Positions 57,401-64,000 of a stretch of 64,000 bases of DNA are shown one piece after another. The position numbers and the translations under genes are program-made. Every line of letters starts with the position of its first letter. Positions within the stretch are counted from its first letter, which is position 1. Source of the stretch: Escherichia phage vB_EcoM_Lutter; the sequence record NC_054924.1. The stretch is one strand, 5' to 3'. Below the pieces are notes generated by a model, which did no database searches, had not been told where the DNA came from, and saw only the letters and a program-made list of their open reading frames with translations.

Positions 57401-58303
57401 GGTGATGAAACATCTAATCACTTTTATTCTCAACGTAATAAAGCTGGGAATATAACGTTTAGTATTAATGGTACTGTGATGCCAATAAATGTTAACGCTT
57501 CCGGTTCATTGAATGCGAATGGCGTAGCAACATTTGGTAGTTCAGTTACTGCTAATGGTGAATTCATTAGCAAGTCTGCAAATGCTTTCAGAGCAATAAA
57601 CGGTGATTATGGATTCTTTATTCGCAATGATGCTGCTAATACCTATTTTATGCTCACTGCATCCGGTGATCAGACCGGTGGATTTAATGGATTACGTCCA
57701 TTATCAATTAATAATCAATCCGGTCAAGTCACAATTGGTGAAAGCTTAATCATTGCCAAAGGTGCTACTATAAATTCAGGTGGTTTGACTGTTAACTCGA
57801 GAATTCGTTCTCAGGGTACTAAAACATCTGATTTATATACCCGTGCGCCAACATCTGATACTGTAGGATTCTGGTCAATTGATATTAATGATTCAGCTAC
57901 TTATAACCAGTTCCCGGGTTATTTTAAAATGGTTGAAAAAACTAATGAAGTGACTGGGCTTCCATACTTAGAACGTGGCGAAGAAGTTAAATCTCCTGGT
58001 ACACTGACTCAGTTTGGTAACACACTTGATTCGCTTTACCAAGATTGGATTACTTATCCAACGACGCCAGACGCGCGTACCACTCGCTGGACACGTACAT
58101 GGCAGAAAACCAAAAACTCTTGGTCAAGTTTTGTTCAGGTATTTGATGGAGGTAACCCTCCTCAGCCGTCTGATATTGGTGCTTTACCATCTGATAATGC
58201 TACAATGGGGAATCTTACTATTCGTGATTTCTTGCGAATTGGTAATGTTCGCATTGTTCCTGACCCAGTGAATAAATCTGTTAAATTTGAATGGGTTGAA
58301 TAA
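54434..58303 (+). CDS. 34: Long tail fiber proximal subunit gp34
   Basis: 1289 aa; internal repeated TPKKL...ATE...IATQ motifs; same length as T4 gp34. Confidence 0.95.
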   Translation: MAEIKRKFRAEDGLDAGGDKIINVALADRTVGTDGVNVDYLIQENTVQQYDPTRGYLKDFVIIYDNRFWAAINDIPKPAGAFNSGRWRALRTDANWITVSSGSYQLKSGEAISVNTAAGNDITFTLPSTPIDGDTIVLQDIGGKPGVNQVLIVAPVQSIVNFRGEQVRSVLMTHPKSQLVLIFSNRLWQMYVADYSREAIVVTPANTYQAQSNDFIVRRFTSAAPINIKLPRFANHGDIINFVDLDKLNPLYHTIVTTYDETTSVQEVGTHSIEGRTSIDGFLMYDDNEKLWRLFDGDSKARLRIITTNSNIRPNEEVMVFGANNGTTQTIELKLPTNISVGDTVKISMNYMRKGQTVKIKAADEDKIASSVQLLQFPKRSEYPPEAEWVTVQELVFNGETNYVPVLELAYIEDSDGKYWVVQQNAPTVERVDSLNDSTRARLGVIALATQAQANADLENSPQKELAITPETLANRTATETRRGIARIATTAQVNQDTTFSFADDIIITPKKLNERTATETRRGVAEIATQQETNAGTDDTTIITPKKLQARQGSESLSGIVTFVSTAGATPASSRELNGTNVYNKNTNNLVVSPKALDQYKATPTQQGAVILAVESEVIAGQSQEGWANAVVTPETLHKKTSTDGRIGLIEIATQSEVNTGTDYTRAVTPKTLNDRRATESLSGIAEIATQVEFDAGVDDTRISTPLKIKTRFNSTDRTSVVALSGLVESGTLWDHYTLNILEANETQRGTLRVATQVEAAAGTLDNVLITPKKLLGTKSTEAQEGVIKVATQSETVAGTSANTAVSPKNLKWIVQSEPTWAATTAIRGFVKTSSGSITFVGNDTVGSTQDLELYEKNSYAVSPYELNRVLANYLPLKAKAADTNLLDGLDSSQFIRRDIAQTVNGSLTLTQQTNLSAPLVSSSTATFGGSVSANSTLTISNTGTATRLIFEKGPQTGTNPAQTMTIRVWGNQFGGGSDTTRSTVFEVGDETSNHFYSQRNKAGNITFSINGTVMPINVNASGSLNANGVATFGSSVTANGEFISKSANAFRAINGDYGFFIRNDAANTYFMLTASGDQTGGFNGLRPLSINNQSGQVTIGESLIIAKGATINSGGLTVNSRIRSQGTKTSDLYTRAPTSDTVGFWSIDINDSATYNQFPGYFKMVEKTNEVTGLPYLERGEEVKSPGTLTQFGNTLDSLYQDWITYPTTPDARTTRWTRTWQKTKNSWSSFVQVFDGGNPPQPSDIGALPSDNATMGNLTIRDFLRIGNVRIVPDPVNKSVKFEWVE
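55862..55891 (+). repeat. Intragenic repeat unit in gene 34 (copy 1)
   Basis: ACTGCTACAGAAACTCGTAGAGGTATCGCA, 28/30 identical to 55982..56011; encodes a repeated TATETRRG motif. Confidence 0.6.
55982..56011 (+). repeat. Intragenic repeat unit in gene 34 (copy 2)
   Basis: ACTGCTACAGAAACTCGCAGAGGTGTCGCA, 120 nt downstream of copy 1. Confidence 0.6.
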
Positions 58304-58311
58304 GAGGTATT

Positions 58312-59427
58312 ATGGAAAAATTTATGGCAGAGTTTGGACAAGGATATGTCCAAACGCCATTTTTATCGGAAAGTAATTCAGTAAGATATAAAATAAGTAT
58401 AGCGGGTTCTTGCCCGCTTTCTACAGCAGGACCATACGTTAAATTTCAGGATAATCCTGTAGGAAGTCAAACATTTAGCGCAGGACTTCATTTAAGAGTT
58501 TTTGACCCTTCCACCGGAGCATTAGTTGATAGTAAGTCATATTCTTTTTCGACTTCAAATGATACTACATCAGCTGCTTTTGTTAGTTTCATGAATTCTT
58601 TGGCGAATAACAGACTTGCTGCTATATTAACTAGCGGAAAGGTTAATTTTCCTCCTGAAGTAGTATCTTGGTTAAGAACCGCAGGAACGTCTGCTTTTCC
58701 ATCTGATTCTATATTGTCAAGATTCGACGTGTCATATGCTGCTTTTTATACTTCTTCTAAAAGAGCTATTGCATTAGAGCATGTTAAACTGAGTAATAGA
58801 AAAAGCACAGATGATTATCAAACTATTTTAGATGTTGTATTTGACAGTTTAGAAGATGTAGGAGCTACCGGGTTTCCAAGAAGAACGTATGAAAGCGTTG
58901 AGCAATTCATGTCGGCAGTTGGCGGAACTAATAACGAAATTGCGCGTCTACCAACTTCAGCTGCGATAAGTAAATTATCTGACTATAATTTAATCCCTGG
59001 TGATGTTCTTTATCTTAAAGCACAGTTATATGCCGACGCCGATTTACTTGCGCTTGGAACTACGAATATATCCATTCGATTTTATAATGCATCTAACGGA
59101 TATATTTCTTCAACACAGGCTGAATTTACCGGGCAAGCTGGTTCTTGGGAATTAAAAGAAGATTATGTGGTTGTTCCAGAAAACGCTGTCGGATTTACGA
59201 TATATGCACAGAGAACTGCGCAAGCTGGTCAAGGTGGCATGAGAAATTTAAGCTTTTCTGAAGTGTCAAGAAATGGAGGTATTTCGAAACCTGCTGAATT
59301 TGGCGTCAATGGTATTCGAGTTAATTATGTCTGTGAATCCGCTTCACCTCCGGATATAATGGTACTTCCTACACAAGCATCGTCTAAAACTGGTAAAGTG
59401 TTTGGACAAGAATTTAGAGAAGTATAA
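58312..59427 (+). CDS. 35: Long tail fiber hinge connector gp35
   Basis: 371 aa; position between 34 and 36. Confidence 0.9.
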   Translation: MEKFMAEFGQGYVQTPFLSESNSVRYKISIAGSCPLSTAGPYVKFQDNPVGSQTFSAGLHLRVFDPSTGALVDSKSYSFSTSNDTTSAAFVSFMNSLANNRLAAILTSGKVNFPPEVVSWLRTAGTSAFPSDSILSRFDVSYAAFYTSSKRAIALEHVKLSNRKSTDDYQTILDVVFDSLEDVGATGFPRRTYESVEQFMSAVGGTNNEIARLPTSAAISKLSDYNLIPGDVLYLKAQLYADADLLALGTTNISIRFYNASNGYISSTQAEFTGQAGSWELKEDYVVVPENAVGFTIYAQRTAQAGQGGMRNLSFSEVSRNGGISKPAEFGVNGIRVNYVCESASPPDIMVLPTQASSKTGKVFGQEFREV

Positions 59428-59432
59428 ATTGA

Positions 59433-59456
59433 GGGAGCCTTCGGGCTCCCTTTTTC
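59433..59456 (+). terminator. Rho-independent terminator after gene 35
   Basis: GGGAGCC-ttcg-GGCTCCC hairpin followed by TTTTT. Confidence 0.7.
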
Positions 59457-59458
59457 TT

Positions 59459-59466
59459 TATAAATA
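59459..59466 (+). promoter_or_regulatory. Late promoter TATAAATA upstream of gene 36
   Basis: Exact TATAAATA 24 nt upstream of the gene 36 ATG, immediately after the terminator. Confidence 0.55.
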
Positions 59467-59489
59467 CTATTAAAATAAAGGGGCATACA

Positions 59490-60155
59490 ATGGCTGATTT
59501 AAAAGTAGGTTCAACAACTGGAGGCTCTGTCATTTGGCATCAAGGAAATTTTCCATTGAATCCAGCCGGTGACGATGTACTCTATAAATCATTTAAAATA
59601 TATTCAGAATATAATAAACCACAGGCAACTGATAACGATTTCGTTTCTAAAGCTAATGGTGGTACTTATGCATCAAAGGTAACATTTAACGGTGGCGTAC
59701 AAGTTCCGTATGCTATAAACAACACAAACCAATGTGGTATTTATCCAGGTAACGGTGATAATGCTACTTTTGCTGTAGCAAATATTGATATTGTTTCGTG
59801 GAATGGTATTGGTTTTAAATCATCACAAGGTTCAGCAGACCGAACTGTTGTAATTAATGCACGTAATGGTGATATTAGTACAAAAGGCGTTGTGACAGCA
59901 GTAGGTCAAATAAGAAGTAATGCAGTTTCTCCTGTATCAGCAAATGACCTTACTAGAAAGGACTATGTTGATGGAGCAATAAATACTGTTACGGCAAATG
60001 CGAACTCTAGGGTGCTACGGTCTGGTGACACCATGACAGGTAATTTAACCGCACCAAACTTTTTCTCGCAGAATCCTGCGTCTCAACCTTCACACGTTCC
60101 ACGATTTGACCAAATCGTAATTAAGGATTCTGTTCAAGATTTCGGCTATTATTAA
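59490..60155 (+). CDS. 36: Long tail fiber distal connector gp36
   Basis: 221 aa; same length as T4 gp36. Confidence 0.9.
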   Translation: MADLKVGSTTGGSVIWHQGNFPLNPAGDDVLYKSFKIYSEYNKPQATDNDFVSKANGGTYASKVTFNGGVQVPYAINNTNQCGIYPGNGDNATFAVANIDIVSWNGIGFKSSQGSADRTVVINARNGDISTKGVVTAVGQIRSNAVSPVSANDLTRKDYVDGAINTVTANANSRVLRSGDTMTGNLTAPNFFSQNPASQPSHVPRFDQIVIKDSVQDFGYY

Positions 60156-60163
60156 GAGGACTT

Positions 60164-63100
60164 ATGGCTACTTTAAAACAAATACAATTTAAAAGAAGCA
60201 AAACCGCAGGTGCACGTCCTGCTGCTTCAGTATTAGCCGAAGGCGAATTGGCTATAAACTTAAAAGATAGAACAATTTTTACTAAAGATGATTCAGGAAA
60301 TATCATTGACTTAAGCATTTCCGCTGGCGGTAATATCAGTGGAAATATCACTCAAACTGGTGATTATACACAGACTGGAAAATTTAATTTAATTGGTCCA
60401 CAAATTGTAGCAAGTGGTGGATATATTGAGTTTAATTATCGTACTACTGGAAGTGGGGCTTGGTCCGGTCAACACACTGCAAAAGCTCCAATTTTTGTAG
60501 ATTTAAGCTCAGCTACTTCCACATCTGAATATAATCCTATAATTAAACAGCGCTTTAAAGATGGAACTTTTTCATTAGGTACTTTAGTTTCTGAAGGTTC
60601 GTTAAAGATTCATTATATTGATGAAACTGGTCAATCTAAATATTGGACATTTGCGCGCTCAGGTAATTTTCAAGTTGATTCTGGTAATTTATTAGTATCT
60701 GGTGGGTATTTAGTCGCTCAGAGTAATATTGAAACAAGAACAGGTTCTTTGATTGGTCCATCTGTTGTAACTAAAAATATTTCATTTGATACGAAAGCGT
60801 TTGGACAATATGATTCGCAGTCATTAGTTCAATATGTTTATCCTGGAACTGGTGAAACAAACGGAATTAATTACCTTCGTAAATTCCGTGCAAAATCCGG
60901 TGGTACGATTTATCATGAATTAGCTTCTGCACAAACCGGAAAAAGTGATGAACTGTCTTGGTGGACCGGTAATACAGCCGTTAATAAACAAATGGGCCTT
61001 CGCAATGATGGGTCTTTAGTATTGCGACGCTCACTCGCAATTGGTACAATTACAACAGATGAAAACATTAATAATTACGGCTCCACTGGAGCAATGGGTG
61101 AATGCTATATAGTCATTGGAGATGCCGCAACTGGTATATCATATAAAAGATCTGGTGTATATGATTTAGTTGCTAATGGTCTTTCTATCGCGTCTATTAC
61201 TCCTGACAGTTTCCGTAGTACTCGTAAAGCATTATTTGGACGCTCAGAAGATCAAGGTACAACATGGATTATGCCTGGAACGAATGCTGCATTTTTATCA
61301 GTTCAAACACAGGCTGATGAAAACGGTGCTGGAGACGGTCAGACACATATTGGCTATAATTCAGGCGGAAAAATGAACCACTATTTCCGCGGCAAAGGCA
61401 AAACTAATATTAATACTCAAGAAGGCATGGAAGTTAACCCGGGTATTCTTAAAATAGTAACCGGTGCAAATAATGTAATGTTTTATGCTGATGGCGGTAT
61501 TACATCCACTAAGCAGCTTTCAATATATAATGGTGTATATTTAGCAGCTAATAATTCTACTGCTGGGCTAACATTCGCTCCAACTACTACAGTTGATGGC
61601 ACTAAGCAAATTTTGTGGGAAGGTGGTAAGCGCGCTGGACAGAATAAAAGCTATGTAACTGTTAAAGCGTGGGGTAATTCATTTAACGCATCTGGCGATC
61701 GTAATCGTGAAACAGTTTTTGAAGTAGCTGACGGACAAGGTTATTATTTTTATGCGCAGCGTGTAGCTCCTGCATCAGGTTCAACAACTGGAGTAATTCA
61801 ATTTAGAATTGCTGGAGCATTATTAACCGGTGGGGGTATTACATCATCAGGTTCTATTGTTACTGAGTCAAGTTTAGTTGCAAATAATGGATTGTCTGTA
61901 AATGGACAAGCTAAATTTGGTGGAACAGCAGATGCATTAAGAATTTGGAATGCTGAATACGGTGCTATTTTCCGCCGTTCGGAAACTAACTTTTATATTA
62001 TTCCAACTTTACAAAATGCTGGAGAATCGGGCGGTATAAGTAATTTACGCCCATTTACCATCAATCTCGCAAATGGTAGTGTTATGATGGGCAATCATAC
62101 ACAAGCCGGAAAAAATTTGCTTACTATTGATAACGTATCAAAATTCGTTCAAACCGATGTTAGACTTCGAGTTAATATGGATTCTGACGCTATTGTGGTA
62201 AATGCTTCATCTCAAGCTGCATCTAACTTTATTCAAGGACGTAAGGCTGATGTTACAAAATGGTATTTAGGTATTGGCGATGGCGGAAACGTCGTTCGTA
62301 TGCATAATTACACCTACTCTCACGGTATTGCATTAAACTCTGATACTGTCGATATTACTAAGCCTCTTAAAATTAATGATATTCGAATTGGTACAGATGG
62401 TAACATCACAGGTGGTACTGGTAATTTTGCTAACTTAAATACAACGTTAAATCGTAAAACCAGCGTGGGCGGTTGGGCTGGTAGTTCTGTTGACGGATGG
62501 TATAAATTTGCTACGGTAACAATTCCTCAGGGTACTGGTACAGTGACTTTTAAGATTTCCGGCGGCGCTGGTTTTAATTTTAAAAGCTATAGCCAAGCTT
62601 CTGTTGCAGAAATAGTTCTTCGCACGGGTAATAATCCTAAAGGCATAAACGCTGTACTGTGGAATAGGTCAGACCTGAGTTTTAATCAGATAGCTACTAT
62701 GAATACATCTGGCGATACTTATGATGTATACGTGTTCTGTGCCGGTTATACAAATGCATTAGTGGTTGAATATTCCTGTAGTGAAAACTCTTCGGTAACC
62801 GTAGTCGGTCTTAACGGAGGCATTCAGCCAGTTGTTGATGCATTGCCTGAGGGACATGTTGTAGGTAAAACAGTTCGTCTGTTAAATAATATTGGCGGAA
62901 CTTTCGCAGCTGGAGAATCTAACATTGTTACTCGCGGTGAATACGTTACTGATAATCAAAAAGGCATGCGTATTAAATCTAACGGTAATAATATCGGTTC
63001 TAACGCAGCTTTAATTAGAAATGATGGCGGAAGTTTTTATATTTTAGCTACAGATAAAAATACGGAAGAAAAACCCGATGCAGCTAATGGTGATTGGAAT

Positions 63101-64000
63101 GGCTTAAGACCTTTCTCTATTAATATGACTGATGGCCGCGTTAGTATGAACCACGGGTTGAATATTACTGGCGGTGGATTAAACGTTACTGGTGGTAATA
63201 CTAGCTTAGGTAATATCTCGTCTCGTTTGGTTTCATACGCCCGCGCGCCATCTGGATGGGGAGATACCTCAGATGCCATGAAATCTAAAATCACCTTTAT
63301 GGCAGACCACGGGGATTTATCTAATTCAGACAGTTATTATCCTATTGTCGGTGCATACAGCAACTATGGTTCAGCGGGTTATCGTCAAACATTTGAATTT
63401 GGATGGGTCGGCTCTGGTACCACCGCTGGATGGCGAGAAGGTATTATTCGTATTCGCGGTGATAATGCTAATGGCCAGCAAGCAAGATGGCGATTTACAA
63501 TGGATGGTATTTTAGATTGCCCGGGTAAAGTACAGATGCCACAAACAAGCGCATTTGGCGTCAATACAACAAATGGATGGGGTGGTAACTCCATTGCAAT
63601 TGGTGATAGCAATACTGGTTTTAGACAAGTAGGCGATGGGCTTTTAGAAGCGTGGGCGAACAATGTTAAAGTTGTTAGATTCACCTCAGGTGAAGTTTAT
63701 TCCGAGAAAAACGTTAACGCTCCTAATGTTTACATTCGTTCTGATGTTCGCTTGAAATCTAATTTCAAACCTATTGAAAACGCGCTCGAAAGGGTTGAGC
63801 AACTTGATGGTTTAATCTATGATAAAGCTGAATATATAGGCGGTGAGCCTGTTCAAACTGAAGCGGGTATTATAGCTCAAACGTTGCAAGACGTTTTACC
63901 AGAAGCTGTCCATGAAACAGAAGACAGTAAGGGTAATAAAATACTCACTGTTTCTTCTCAAGCCCAGATTGCTCTTCTGGTTGAAGCTGTGAAAACACTT
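60164..64000 (+). CDS. 37: Long tail fiber distal subunit gp37 (3' end beyond window)
   Basis: ATG at 60164; open frame of 1279 codons to window end with no stop; N-terminus MATLKQIQFKRSK... as T4 gp37; SDVRLK motif near the window end. Confidence 0.9.
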   Translation, partial: MATLKQIQFKRSKTAGARPAASVLAEGELAINLKDRTIFTKDDSGNIIDLSISAGGNISGNITQTGDYTQTGKFNLIGPQIVASGGYIEFNYRTTGSGAWSGQHTAKAPIFVDLSSATSTSEYNPIIKQRFKDGTFSLGTLVSEGSLKIHYIDETGQSKYWTFARSGNFQVDSGNLLVSGGYLVAQSNIETRTGSLIGPSVVTKNISFDTKAFGQYDSQSLVQYVYPGTGETNGINYLRKFRAKSGGTIYHELASAQTGKSDELSWWTGNTAVNKQMGLRNDGSLVLRRSLAIGTITTDENINNYGSTGAMGECYIVIGDAATGISYKRSGVYDLVANGLSIASITPDSFRSTRKALFGRSEDQGTTWIMPGTNAAFLSVQTQADENGAGDGQTHIGYNSGGKMNHYFRGKGKTNINTQEGMEVNPGILKIVTGANNVMFYADGGITSTKQLSIYNGVYLAANNSTAGLTFAPTTTVDGTKQILWEGGKRAGQNKSYVTVKAWGNSFNASGDRNRETVFEVADGQGYYFYAQRVAPASGSTTGVIQFRIAGALLTGGGITSSGSIVTESSLVANNGLSVNGQAKFGGTADALRIWNAEYGAIFRRSETNFYIIPTLQNAGESGGISNLRPFTINLANGSVMMGNHTQAGKNLLTIDNVSKFVQTDVRLRVNMDSDAIVVNASSQAASNFIQGRKADVTKWYLGIGDGGNVVRMHNYTYSHGIALNSDTVDITKPLKINDIRIGTDGNITGGTGNFANLNTTLNRKTSVGGWAGSSVDGWYKFATVTIPQGTGTVTFKISGGAGFNFKSYSQASVAEIVLRTGNNPKGINAVLWNRSDLSFNQIATMNTSGDTYDVYVFCAGYTNALVVEYSCSENSSVTVVGLNGGIQPVVDALPEGHVVGKTVRLLNNIGGTFAAGESNIVTRGEYVTDNQKGMRIKSNGNNIGSNAALIRNDGGSFYILATDKNTEEKPDAANGDWNGLRPFSINMTDGRVSMNHGLNITGGGLNVTGGNTSLGNISSRLVSYARAPSGWGDTSDAMKSKITFMADHGDLSNSDSYYPIVGAYSNYGSAGYRQTFEFGWVGSGTTAGWREGIIRIRGDNANGQQARWRFTMDGILDCPGKVQMPQTSAFGVNTTNGWGGNSIAIGDSNTGFRQVGDGLLEAWANNVKVVRFTSGEVYSEKNVNAPNVYIRSDVRLKSNFKPIENALERVEQLDGLIYDKAEYIGGEPVQTEAGIIAQTLQDVLPEAVHETEDSKGNKILTVSSQAQIALLVEAVKTL

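Overview
This window is a contiguous segment of a T4-like (Tevenvirinae) myovirus genome, read here by comparison with T4 from memory; no database search was run. Plus-strand late genes 15-24 (terminase 16/17, tail sheath 18, tube 19, portal 20, prohead core 67/68, protease 21, scaffold 22, major capsid 23, vertex 24) are followed by a minus-strand block (rnlB, hoc, inh), uvsW, uvsY, baseplate genes 25/26 and 51-27-28-29-48-54. A long minus-strand early/middle region follows: alt, DNA ligase 30, the 30.x ORFs, rIII, 31, cd, pseT, spanins, alc, rnlA, denA, nrdB, mobE, nrdA, td with its group I intron and I-TevI, frd, 32, 59, 33, dsbA, rnh. The window ends with long tail fiber genes 34, 35, 36 and most of 37. 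I found no single large novel system. The observations most worth a second look are a 355 bp GC-rich noncoding island between rIII and the 30.x ORFs, an extra ORF inserted at the normally overlapping frd-td junction, a degenerate alt N-terminal paralog, a 54-nt early-promoter cassette repeated exactly 14 kb apart, a NADAR-domain protein (30.3), and a gene 37 that is longer than T4 gp37 and ends in an intramolecular-chaperone-like motif. Several ORF-track starts are TTG/GTG codons and were moved to the nearest ATG with a Shine-Dalgarno (SD) sequence.
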